The notes beneath the pieces were generated by a model. The model was not told the DNA's origin and did no database searches. It worked only from the letters and a program-made list of their open reading frames with translations. Positions 10,001-17,996 of a DNA stretch of 31,795 nt are shown in pieces (the stretch's first letter is position 1; every line of letters begins with the position of its first letter). A program made the translations under genes and the position numbers. The DNA comes from an uncultured Zetaproteobacteria bacterium (lineage in GTDB: Bacteria; Pseudomonadota; Zetaproteobacteria; Mariprofundales; Mariprofundaceae). The stretch covers positions 1 through 31,795 of the forward strand of contig CAZHOU010000001.1 of assembly GCA_964534165.1 (NCBI GenBank), read 5' to 3'.

Positions 10001-10246
10001 GCGGTACGCAGCGGCACTGGCAAACGCGTGCGTCCGATCGCGATGACGGCAACGGCGGTAATCGCGGGGCTGTTGCCCATCATGTGGGGGTCGGGCACCG
10101 GCTCGGATGTCATGCAACGCATCGCCGCGCCGATGATCGGCGGCATGCTGACCACCACCCTCCTGTGCCTGCTGATCCTGCCGCTCATCTACGCCCTGAT
10201 CCTGCAGGTGCAGGAGCGGCGCCGCCTGAAGAGGGAGGAGCAATGA
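7007..10246 (+). CDS. cusA: CusA/SilA-family Cu(I)/Ag(I) RND efflux permease
   Basis: LDAIPDLSDVQVI, GPDATGVGW, NIMSLGGIA; the three metal-site Met contexts EFMPPLDEG, PAPLSMMET, DMLSTG; KRVRPIAMT. Confidence 0.96.
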   Translation: MIGRIIELSLANRFLVFMATALLIAAGALAIKKMPLDAIPDLSDVQVIVFTEFPGQAPQVVEDQVTYPLTTAMLAVPHAKVVRGYSFFGFSFVYIIFEDGTDMYWARSRVLEYLNYAAKFLPAGVTPTLGPDATGVGWVYEYALVDRSGKHDLSELRSIQDWYLRYALQTVPGVSEVASVGGYVKQYQVEVDPNKLAFYKIPLSKVKRAIQRSNNDVGGRLIEMAESEFMVRALGYIKSLDDIRNIPIGVDKQGTPIYVRDVADVHLGPELRRGLAELNGEGEVAGGVIVMRYRENALEVIKRVKAKLEELKAGLPDGVEIVPTYDRSSLSLRAVENLKDKLLEEFIVISLVCVLCLLHARSALVAVLTLPLGVLVAFILMQWQGLAANIMSLGGIAITLGAMVDGAIVLIENAHKHLERALVKKQNVIASSSEQSSEAEVATGAPPSRHDADVTLTTKERWKAVSTAAKEVGPALFFSLVIITISYTAVFTLEAQEGRLFKPLAFTATYAMLGVALLAVTLTPVLMGYFIRGLILPEKKNPVNRGLIAVHRPLLNLTLKGKWISLLLALVLLSSAAWPLSKLGSEFMPPLDEGDILYMPTTFPGVSITKAKEMLQQTDKILKTFPEVKTVFGKVGRAETSTDPAPLSMMETIIQLKPRSEWPHPEMSTRALMRKMDKAIHFPGLANAWTYPIKTRNDMLSTGIKTPIGVKISGPDLSTLQRLTEKIEDVLKGLPETLSAFGDRAVGGHYVDFRIKRKEAARYGLTVGDVEDVIQSAIGGMNITQTVEGLERYPVNLRYPRAYRDDIEVLKRVLIPTPTGAQIPLVQVADIRLVGGPPSIKSEAARPNAWIYVDLKTSDIGGYVAKAKQAIAAHVKLPPGYAIGWSGQLEYMQRAAARLRIVIPLTLVAIFLLLYFNFRNLTEPLVVMLAVPFGLIGGFWLVWWLGFNLSVAVGVGFIALAGVAVEIGVLVLTFIDQEVAEFRKDRQGGGLTAVEIMEAVRSGTGKRVRPIAMTATAVIAGLLPIMWGSGTGSDVMQRIAAPMIGGMLTTTLLCLLILPLIYALILQVQERRRLKREEQ

Positions 10247-10719
10247 GAGAGAAAACCATGCGAAAGATCGTTTGTAGCGTCACCTGCATCCTGTGCATCG
10301 GATTCGCACCGGGTACGGTTGTACAGGCTCAGGAGGAACCACACCACCAGGTGGATGGCGCGCAAAAAACCCGGGCACTTGAGGGTGTAGCCATGATTCG
10401 GGAACACGTGGATGGTTACACGGTGAGCTTCCGCGTCATGCCCGCGACAGCGGACATGCGGCACGGCGGCACGCACAATCTGATGATTCGGGTGGAAAAG
10501 GACGGACGGGCGCTTCACGACCTGCTCGTCAACTCCAGGGTGTCCCACCCGATCAAGGAGACGGAGAACAAGATGATGGCCAGAATGGGGGATTGGTACA
10601 TGGCCGGATTTGATCTGGGTCATCCCGGAACACATCAAATCATGGTCCTGTTCAAGACTCCGGACGGGAAGGTCCATCTGGGAAGCATCGAATATCGAAC
10701 AGGGAGGAACAAGAAATGA
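10243..10719 (+). CDS. Exported Met/His-rich small protein (YtkA/FixH-like fold suspected), paralog A
   Basis: ATG overlaps cusA stop; signal peptide; motif KMMARMGDWYM; clear similarity to 11432..11890. Confidence 0.75.
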   Translation: MREKTMRKIVCSVTCILCIGFAPGTVVQAQEEPHHQVDGAQKTRALEGVAMIREHVDGYTVSFRVMPATADMRHGGTHNLMIRVEKDGRALHDLLVNSRVSHPIKETENKMMARMGDWYMAGFDLGHPGTHQIMVLFKTPDGKVHLGSIEYRTGRNKK

Positions 10720-11435
10720 ACATCAATGAGACGACAACCACAGTTGCAGGTATACGAACCATCCTTCAGGAAGCGCTCCAGCCCGTGCGTGCGGGATTGC
10801 TGATGGCGACAGGAGCCATGATCCTCGGCGTGCTGTGGGCCGGATACATGGCGATCAATCATGAGCAATTGCACGGCGGCTTCGAGAAGCAGGAAGCCGT
10901 ACTCAAGGCGGGAGGAACACCACCACGGATCGATGAAAATAACACGTCAATGGGCATCAAGCTGATTCCCCGGGCCTATGCCCACGGGGATCACGAAGAC
11001 CATGGAACAGGCCTTCCCGATGCTTTGCACCAGCATTCCCACTCGGGCAGCCTGGCCATGGATGCCATGCGGCGCCTGCTGCGCGGCCACATCCATTGGA
11101 TGGGACTTGGACTCCTGTCCGCCATGATGTTGCTTGTCCTCGCCTTCACTTCCCTGCGACCCGGCTGGAAAACCCTCCTCGGATGGGCCTTAGGCATTGG
11201 CGCGCTGGCCTACCCTTCCGCCTGGATCCTGATGGGCTTCCGCACCGTGGTCATGGGCCCGGATGCAGCCAAAGCAAGCGTGATGTGGCTGTTCGTCCCG
11301 CCAGCCGTCCTGCTGCTGGGATCGCTGGTCGTCGTTTTCGGTATCCTGATGCTTGAAATGACGGGTTGGCACAGGAAGACATTTTTCCCCCGCTTTTTTG
11401 AAAAGCCCGTGCCGGTTGCCGAGGAACGGGAATGA
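10716..11435 (+). CDS. 4-TM membrane protein with His-rich loop
   Basis: Four hydrophobic segments, loop AHGDHEDH...LHQHSH, HIH motif at the start of TM2; overlaps neighbours by 4 nt at both ends. Confidence 0.75.
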   Translation: MNINETTTTVAGIRTILQEALQPVRAGLLMATGAMILGVLWAGYMAINHEQLHGGFEKQEAVLKAGGTPPRIDENNTSMGIKLIPRAYAHGDHEDHGTGLPDALHQHSHSGSLAMDAMRRLLRGHIHWMGLGLLSAMMLLVLAFTSLRPGWKTLLGWALGIGALAYPSAWILMGFRTVVMGPDAAKASVMWLFVPPAVLLLGSLVVVFGILMLEMTGWHRKTFFPRFFEKPVPVAEERE

Positions 11436-11890
11436 AATTTCTGCCGCTCTTTCTTGTCGCCCTTGGCCTGATGGACCCCGGCTACGTCCACGCCACCGAG
11501 GCTGGGCCCGGCCACAACCAGGCTTCGATGCGGCATGAGGAGGGATTCATCGTCCGCAAGGGGATTCGCGACGATTACACGGTGGTCTTTCACATCATGC
11601 GCTCACCCAAGGGCATGCGCTACAGCAAGGAGCAGTATCACCTGATGGTGGTGGTGGAGAAGGAAGGCCGGCCGATCACCGGCCTGCACATGATCTCCAG
11701 GGTCAAACACCCCGACGGAAGCGTTGAACGGAAGAGCATGATGCACATGGGAGAATGGTACATGGCGCTCTACAACCTGAGTCACGATACGGGCAGGCAT
11801 TGGATCACCGTCGAATTCGAGGTGGGTGGAGAGAAATACCTGGCCGGCACCTATTATCCTGAAATGGATTTTAGTGGTGAGTCAAGATGA
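11432..11890 (+). CDS. Exported Met/His-rich small protein, paralog B
   Basis: Signal peptide; motif KSMMHMGEWYM; similarity to 10243..10719; coupled start and stop. Confidence 0.75.
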   Translation: MKFLPLFLVALGLMDPGYVHATEAGPGHNQASMRHEEGFIVRKGIRDDYTVVFHIMRSPKGMRYSKEQYHLMVVVEKEGRPITGLHMISRVKHPDGSVERKSMMHMGEWYMALYNLSHDTGRHWITVEFEVGGEKYLAGTYYPEMDFSGESR

Positions 11891-12276
11891 ATCCCATGAA
11901 GTCGAAAAGCTTGTTTTCAATCTTGCTACTGATTCTCTTGGCAAGCACGATGAACTTTTTCCCCGAATCCTCATGGGGAGAGCCCTTGCAGATGGTGGAT
12001 CCCAAAAATGTCTGCATGGTCAACGACAAGAACATGGGCAAGCCGCAAATTCCCATTATCGTACAAGGCCGAACCTATTACGGCTGTTGCAACATGTGCG
12101 TGGGCGCACTGACCAATGATCAAGAAATGCGCCGGGCCATCGATCCGCTAAGCGGCCGAAAGGTGGACAAGTCTCAAGCGATCATTGGTGCGAGAGAAAA
12201 TGGGGACGTGCTCTATTTCGAGAGCAGATCAAACTTCGCTGCTTATCAAAAAAGCCATAAGAGGGGACGGCCATGA
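11887..12276 (+). CDS. Exported TRASH/YHS-domain metal-binding protein
   Basis: Signal peptide, VCMVND...GRTYYGCCNMC, AIDPLSGRKVDK. Confidence 0.8.
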   Translation: MNPMKSKSLFSILLLILLASTMNFFPESSWGEPLQMVDPKNVCMVNDKNMGKPQIPIIVQGRTYYGCCNMCVGALTNDQEMRRAIDPLSGRKVDKSQAIIGARENGDVLYFESRSNFAAYQKSHKRGRP

Positions 12277-12506
12277 AAGAAATCATCTTCTGGATCGGCG
12301 GCATGAAATGCGACGGATGCGAACTGACCGTCCGAAAGGCACTGTTGAAACTCGGCGGGATCATCGATGTCCATGCCAATCACAAGACAGGTCAAGTGCG
12401 ACTGAAGATCCATGAACCCGATTTCAGCATCCGGGAAGTTGACAACACCCTTTGCAGCCTCGGCTTTGAACCCATTGTTTATGAAGGCCTCAAGCATGCC
12501 AGATAA
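12273..12506 (+). CDS. HMA-domain copper chaperone (CopZ-like)
   Basis: 77 aa with IGGMKCDGC metal-binding loop and ferredoxin-like pattern. Confidence 0.88.
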   Translation: MKEIIFWIGGMKCDGCELTVRKALLKLGGIIDVHANHKTGQVRLKIHEPDFSIREVDNTLCSLGFEPIVYEGLKHAR

Positions 12507-12813
12507 CGAAACAGCCATCGAAATGGAACGAAGCTTTCGGGTGGACAAAACACAGTGTGCGGGGTGTGAGGCCACCATCGAGCAACGGCTTCTCGCCATC
12601 CCGGGTGTACTGGATGCAAAGGCGGATGCTGCAACCGGCGAGATCCGGGTTCGTTATGATTTGCGCAAAGTCCGTTTCGATACTCTTCCGACTGTCGTTG
12701 AAGAGGCCGGATTTCCACGTGTCTTTGAGTTCAGCGATGAACATCACCAGGATTTCCTCTGGAGTCTGAAGGAGGAGGAGGCTCTGAAGGAAGCAAGGCG
12801 CCATGCGAAGTAG
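12496..12813 (+). CDS. HMA-domain protein with acidic/His C-terminal extension
   Basis: TQCAGC loop, IPGVLDAKAD, VRYDLRKV; tail DEHHQD. Start moved to ATG 12496 overlapping the upstream gene end. Confidence 0.8.
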   Translation: MPDNETAIEMERSFRVDKTQCAGCEATIEQRLLAIPGVLDAKADAATGEIRVRYDLRKVRFDTLPTVVEEAGFPRVFEFSDEHHQDFLWSLKEEEALKEARRHAK

Positions 12814-12840
12814 CGGACACTCTCCCGCGAGCGCTCCGCC

Positions 12841-12904
12841 CGGTGGGCTTCATGTTGAACGATGGAGGAGGATCCGAATTGAGCGTCGAGTGGGAAGCCC
12901 ACCG
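12841..12904. repeat. Perfect 11-bp inverted repeat with 42-nt spacer
   Basis: CGGTGGGCTTC (12841-12851) and GAAGCCCACCG (12894-12904); spacer contains GGAGGAGG. Confidence 0.7.
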
Positions 12905-13002
12905 AAACCGTTCATTGTGGCGGCACGTGAACTCCCCATCCGAACCTTAGCCCGCGCGTGGACGAATCCGCAGATCTTTCCGACCGTTGCCGGGGGAGCG
13001 GG

Positions 13003-13740
13003 ATGATCCGGGATCCGGTATGCCTGATGGTGGTCCACCCCGGAAACGCGGCCGGCATGTTGGAGTACGAAGGCCGCAGTTACTATTTCTGTTCCAAGGC
13101 ATGCCGGAATAAGTTCATACAGCGACCGCAGAAGTTCATTGAGAACACCCCCGGTATGCGCATAACCGTTGGAGTCATGGGCTCGGCCGATACGGAGCAT
13201 ACCGATGCCATCCGGGAGCGGGTGTTTGCGATGGGTCAGGCTATTGCCAAGCGAGGATTGGTCCTTGTCACCGGAGCTTGCCCGGGCTTGCCCTATGATT
13301 GCGCCATGGGTGCAAAAAAAGCAGGAGGTCTGTCAGTCGGCACCTCTCCGGCCCTGAGTCTCGATGAGCATGTCCACAAGTATCACTCTCCCCCCGATGC
13401 TTTTGATGTATTGATTTATACCGGTAGTGGGTTGATGGGGCGCGAGGTGACAAACATTCGCTCCAGTGACATGGTGATTATCGTGGGGGGGCGCTCGGGC
13501 ACCCTTGGGGAATTCGCCATTGCCTACGATGAAGGAAAGCTGATCGGCGTACTCAAGGGCAGCGGTGGTATCACGGATCTGATTCCGGACCTGGTGGCAA
13601 GCTTTGGCAAAAACACGGGGGCGTATATCGTCTATGCCACCGATCCCAATTCCTTGGTTGCACAGCTCCTCTCACGCTATGAAACTCACCATTTCAGGCG
13701 GCCGTCGTGCTTTTGTGACGAGCGGCCGGCCTCCGGGTAA
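13003..13740 (+). CDS. YHS domain fused to a LOG/SLOG-family nucleotide-binding domain
   Basis: DPVCLMVV...YEGRSYYFCSKAC (YHS), then ITVGVMGSA, VTGACPG, GGRSGTLGEF (LOG). Start at ATG 13003 after a GGGGGAG SD. Confidence 0.85.
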   Translation: MIRDPVCLMVVHPGNAAGMLEYEGRSYYFCSKACRNKFIQRPQKFIENTPGMRITVGVMGSADTEHTDAIRERVFAMGQAIAKRGLVLVTGACPGLPYDCAMGAKKAGGLSVGTSPALSLDEHVHKYHSPPDAFDVLIYTGSGLMGREVTNIRSSDMVIIVGGRSGTLGEFAIAYDEGKLIGVLKGSGGITDLIPDLVASFGKNTGAYIVYATDPNSLVAQLLSRYETHHFRRPSCFCDERPASG

Positions 13741-13742
13741 CC

Positions 13743-14681
13743 ATGCCACCCTCTCGAATTGGAGTGGTGTTGAGCGCAGGCGGTATACGCGGCGTCTATG
13801 CTCACACGGGATTCCTGCAAGCCGCGGAGGAGATGGACATTCCCATCTCGGCCATGGCCGGATGTAGCGCGGGCGCCGTCGTGGGTGGAATCTACGCGAG
13901 TGGGACCGCATTGAAAACGTGGGCACAGGCTCTCTACAGGGTGCGGCCGGAAGACTTTTGGCCCCCACGATCGTTATGGTGTTCCATGTGGGATGTGGTC
14001 GTAACCAAAGGCCGAAGGTTCACGGGCATCTCCAAAGTGGACCCTGCAACCACATTCTGCCGCAAACACCTGGCGGTCTGCGATTTCGAGGATTGCCGCA
14101 TCCCGTTCTATGCCCTTGCAATCTGTCTTGCCAGTGGAGAAAAAACCGTTTTCTCGAAAGGGGATCTGGCACCGCGTATTGTCGCCAGTGCTGCAATTCC
14201 GTTTTTGTTCCAGCCGGTTGAGATTGAAGGAAAGTATTTTTGCGACGGTGCCGTCATTGACCTGGCGCCAACCGATGCGATTTGTTGCAAGCATGGTCTG
14301 GATGTCTTGATCGTCCACCATGTCGCAAACCGGAAACGGGGGTTCCATGGCGTAAGAGCGGCATCCCCGGAAGCCTGGCCTATGGTGGAGATTCTCGACA
14401 CATTGCTATTCCGTCACCGTCCGTGGTACCTCTCCGAGCAAAGACTCGCGTTCAGGCGCTGCCCCTGCGGCTGCAAGGCGTTGATTGTGGTCTTGGAACC
14501 CGATTTGCCGGAATTGCCCTGGCCCCAAACGCAACAAGGGCCAACCATACTTCGCTCGGCCTGCAATCAAGTCAAATCCTTGCTGGCCCCACATTTGGAA
14601 GCGTTGTGCAGGAATCCAACCAGCCTTTATGCATTGGCGAGAAACGTTCGCCAAATCCGCGGCAGGGACGTACAATGTTAG
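13743..14681 (+). CDS. Patatin-like phospholipase
   Basis: Oxyanion loop LSAGGIRG, nucleophile GCSAG, ASAAIP, catalytic DGA. Confidence 0.88.
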   Translation: MPPSRIGVVLSAGGIRGVYAHTGFLQAAEEMDIPISAMAGCSAGAVVGGIYASGTALKTWAQALYRVRPEDFWPPRSLWCSMWDVVVTKGRRFTGISKVDPATTFCRKHLAVCDFEDCRIPFYALAICLASGEKTVFSKGDLAPRIVASAAIPFLFQPVEIEGKYFCDGAVIDLAPTDAICCKHGLDVLIVHHVANRKRGFHGVRAASPEAWPMVEILDTLLFRHRPWYLSEQRLAFRRCPCGCKALIVVLEPDLPELPWPQTQQGPTILRSACNQVKSLLAPHLEALCRNPTSLYALARNVRQIRGRDVQC

Positions 14682-14714
14682 GAAATCCGGCAAGCTCTAC
14701 GGAGGATGTGAGTA

Positions 14715-14798
14715 ATGTACTGTTCCCCGTTCTACGACTTGCGCAGAAACCCGCATACGATGAATCCATGGGTAGCGCCCCCCGATCTCCTTGCGTAG
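14715..14798 (+). other. Possible 27-aa upstream ORF before copA ([27 protein letters not shown])
   Basis: GGAGG at 14701-14705, ATG 14715, TAG 14796-14798; no family recognised. Confidence 0.25.
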
Positions 14799-14973
14799 CC
14801 GCTCTTCGACACAAAAGAGGTTTTTCCATGCTTCTGCGCCATCCGGATCCCAAGCAGTTGTGGGTTTCGGCTTCAAGCGATGTGACTCCGGTCATGGCAG
14901 CCGCCGTTCCATGCGGGGGCCATGGGGTGGGAAACAAACTATTTGCACGATCAATGTTGGAAAGGAGAGCGGC

Positions 14974-17544
14974 ATGAGAAAAGACCCGGTATGCGGCATG
15001 GAGGTTGACGAAAAGAGCAGGTTCCGCCGCACCTTTCGTGGCGCCGAATTCCTGTTCTGCAGCGAACGTTGCCTCGAACGCTTCAGCGAGAATCCAAACG
15101 ACTGGTTGCCCGAGAAATGCGCCTTCGATCCGGTCTGCGGCATGAAGGTGCCTCTCGAATCCACGAACCGCATCGAACATGCCGGACAAAACTATTATTT
15201 CTGTTCGCAGCACTGCATCGACAAGTTCCGTGAAAACCCCGGCGCCTACACGGGCAGGAAACACCCTCCCCGTCACGAACACGAGAAGAAGCCGACACCG
15301 GAAACCACCGCTGCGGAAGGGATGTATTTCTGCCCCATGTGCCCCGGGCAAGAGCAGCAGGGGCCTGGGGTGTGCAAATCGTGCGGCATGGCCCTGGAGC
15401 CGATGCCGGGAGCCCAAACACCCGGGAAGACCGAGTATTTCTGTCCCATGCATCCGGAGATCGTCCGTGATCAGCCCGGGAGTTGCCCGAAGTGCGGGAT
15501 GGCGCTGGAAGCGCGCCTTGTCGCCGTCCAGGAAGAAGAAAATCCGGAATACCGGGATATGCTGCGGCGTTTCAAGCTCGGCGTGGTGCTGATCGTTCCC
15601 CTGTTCCTCCTCGCCCTCGGCAGCGAACTCGCGCCCTCTCACCTGCCCGCATGGCTGTCGCCGAAGCTCGTCCAGTGGCTCGAATTCATCCTTGCCGCTC
15701 CCGTCGTTCTGTGGGGTGGCTGGCCCTTCTTCGTCCGCGGCTGGCAATCGCTCTTCCACCGGCATCTGAACATGTTCACGTTGATCGGCCTGGGCGTGGC
15801 GGTTGCCTTCACCTACAGCCTCGTGGCACTGCTAGCCCCCGATTTGTTCCCGGCGATCATGCGCAAGGCCGGGGGGCGGGTTGACGTTTATTTCGAGGCC
15901 GCGGCCGCCATCACCGTCCTCGTGCTGCTGGGGCAGGTGTTGGAGCTGCGCGCCCGATCCCGCACCAACGAAGCCATCAAGCTCCTGCTCGGCATGGCGC
16001 CGAAAACGGCCCGGCGCGTCCGTGCCGACGGCAGCGAGGAGGATGTGCCGCTGCAAGACGTCCATCCCGGCGATATTCTGCGCATCCGGCCGGGAGAGAA
16101 GGTGCCGGTGGATGGCGTGGTCACCGATGGCGAGAGCCATGTAGATGAATCGATGGTCACCGGCGAGCCGATGCCGGTGGTGAAAAGCGCGGGCGATCCC
16201 CTGATCGGCGCCACGGTCAACGGCAACGGCACGCTGCTCATGCGGGCCGAGAAGGTTGGATCGGAAACCCTGTTGGCGCAGATCGTGGACATGGTCCGCG
16301 AGGCGCAGCGGACCCGGGCCCCGATCCAAAGGCTCGCCGACATGGTGGCCTCCTGGTTCGTGCCCGCGGTCGTGGCGGTCTCCGCCATCACCTTCGTCGT
16401 CTGGTTCGTGGCTGGCCCCGAGCCCCGGCTTGCGCATGCCGTCGTCAACGCGGTCGCCGTTCTGATCATTGCCTGTCCCTGCGCCCTGGGGCTGGCCACA
16501 CCGATCTCGATCATGGTCGGTACCGGCCGCGGCGCCACGGCCGGTGTTCTGATCAAGAACGCCGAGGCCCTGGAGATGATGGAAAAGGTGGATACACTGG
16601 TCGTGGACAAGACCGGCACACTGACCGAGGGCAAACCGCGGCTTACCAGCATCCTTCCGCTCGGTGATTTCAGTGAGGAGGAAATCTTGAAATGGGCCGC
16701 TGGTGTCGAACGCGCCAGCGAGCATCCCCTGGCCACGGCCATACTGGAAGCGGCGCGAATACGCGGCCTCAAACCGGAATCCATCGAAAATTTCAAGGCC
16801 GTCACCGGCAAGGGAGTGCGCGCGAAGGTCGCAGGGCACGAAATCCTGCTGGGCAATGTGGCCCTGATGCGGGAAGCCGGCATCGACACCTCCCCCATGG
16901 AAGCGCTTCGGGGAGAACAAAGACAGGCCGGAGAGACCATCCTCCATCTTGCCGTGGACGGGGAGGCGGCCGCGCAGCTCGGTGTCTCCGACCCGATCAA
17001 GTCCTCGACACCCGCGGCCATCCAGGCCTTACATGCCGAGGGTCTTGAAGTGGTGATGTTGACCGGGGACCGGCACGACACCGCCGCGCTCGTTGCGGAA
17101 AAACTCGGAATCGATCGCGTCATCGCCGAGGTCCTGCCGCAGCAAAAGGCGGAGGTCGTGAAGGAACTGCAACGCGAGGGACGCATCGTGGCCATGGCCG
17201 GAGACGGCATCAACGATGCCCCGGCGCTGGCCGCCGCCCATGTCGGCATCGCCATGGGAACGGGTACGGATGTGGCAATGGAGTCGGCCGGAATCACGCT
17301 GGTCAAGGGGGATCTGAACGGCATCGTCCGAGCCCGCCGCCTATCGCGGGCCGTGATGCGGAACATCCGTCAGAATCTGTTCTTCGCCTTTGTTTACAAC
17401 TCCCTCGGCGTGCCGGTCGCTGCCGGTGTCCTATATCCTTTCTTTGGCGTCCTTCTTTCACCGATCATCGCCGCGGCGGCCATGAGCTTCTCCTCGGTTT
17501 CGGTGATCACCAATGCCCTCAGACTGCGGAAAGTGAGGCTGTAA
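14974..17544 (+). CDS. copA: Cu(I)-translocating P1B-1 ATPase with two YHS and two CPM-type metal-binding domains
   Basis: DPVCGM x2, [37 protein letters not shown] and MSFSS; SD AAGGAG before ATG 14974. Confidence 0.96.
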   Translation: MRKDPVCGMEVDEKSRFRRTFRGAEFLFCSERCLERFSENPNDWLPEKCAFDPVCGMKVPLESTNRIEHAGQNYYFCSQHCIDKFRENPGAYTGRKHPPRHEHEKKPTPETTAAEGMYFCPMCPGQEQQGPGVCKSCGMALEPMPGAQTPGKTEYFCPMHPEIVRDQPGSCPKCGMALEARLVAVQEEENPEYRDMLRRFKLGVVLIVPLFLLALGSELAPSHLPAWLSPKLVQWLEFILAAPVVLWGGWPFFVRGWQSLFHRHLNMFTLIGLGVAVAFTYSLVALLAPDLFPAIMRKAGGRVDVYFEAAAAITVLVLLGQVLELRARSRTNEAIKLLLGMAPKTARRVRADGSEEDVPLQDVHPGDILRIRPGEKVPVDGVVTDGESHVDESMVTGEPMPVVKSAGDPLIGATVNGNGTLLMRAEKVGSETLLAQIVDMVREAQRTRAPIQRLADMVASWFVPAVVAVSAITFVVWFVAGPEPRLAHAVVNAVAVLIIACPCALGLATPISIMVGTGRGATAGVLIKNAEALEMMEKVDTLVVDKTGTLTEGKPRLTSILPLGDFSEEEILKWAAGVERASEHPLATAILEAARIRGLKPESIENFKAVTGKGVRAKVAGHEILLGNVALMREAGIDTSPMEALRGEQRQAGETILHLAVDGEAAAQLGVSDPIKSSTPAAIQALHAEGLEVVMLTGDRHDTAALVAEKLGIDRVIAEVLPQQKAEVVKELQREGRIVAMAGDGINDAPALAAAHVGIAMGTGTDVAMESAGITLVKGDLNGIVRARRLSRAVMRNIRQNLFFAFVYNSLGVPVAAGVLYPFFGVLLSPIIAAAAMSFSSVSVITNALRLRKVRL

Positions 17545-17996
17545 TGCCGGAAACATTCGCTTTTCTCACCCGAACGAAGAGGCGCCGGTCCCTTATGCGT
17601 GAAATGACGACGACCGCTCTGGTCATCGCCACCGCCGACCTGGCCGGCTGCGGCTCCGAGTCCCCCGCCGACAAGATCCATGCAAGAACCACTTCCTTGG
17701 CCGGGGAAATCGTCCCACCGGACCCCATTCGCGGTTCTTCTCTGTTCGCCGCCAACTGCAGCCGCTGCCATGGTGAAAAGGGGATGGGCAGCCGGCTGGG
17801 ACCACCACTCATCCACCGCATCTATGCGCCGACCCGTCCCAGTGATCTGGCCTTCTATCGCGCCATCCTCGGTGGCAGCCGTCAGCACCATTGGTCATTC
17901 GGCAACATGCAGCCGATCGCCGGCGTGAAAGTCTGGGATATCGCACACATCATCGCTTACGTCCGACAACAGCAGCGGCGGGTGGGGATCGAATAA
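17544..17996 (+). CDS. Monoheme cytochrome c lipoprotein of copper-resistance clusters
   Basis: LAGC lipobox, CSRCH heme motif, HHWSFGNM with the likely axial Met; TAATG overlap with copA. True start may be 17595 or 17604. Confidence 0.78.
   Translation: MPETFAFLTRTKRRRSLMREMTTTALVIATADLAGCGSESPADKIHARTTSLAGEIVPPDPIRGSSLFAANCSRCHGEKGMGSRLGPPLIHRIYAPTRPSDLAFYRAILGGSRQHHWSFGNMQPIAGVKVWDIAHIIAYVRQQQRRVGIE

Noticed and set aside
13003-14681. CBASS or other anti-phage system (patatin plus SLOG)
   Set aside because: No cyclic-nucleotide synthase, TIR or other defence gene nearby; the context is entirely copper handling.
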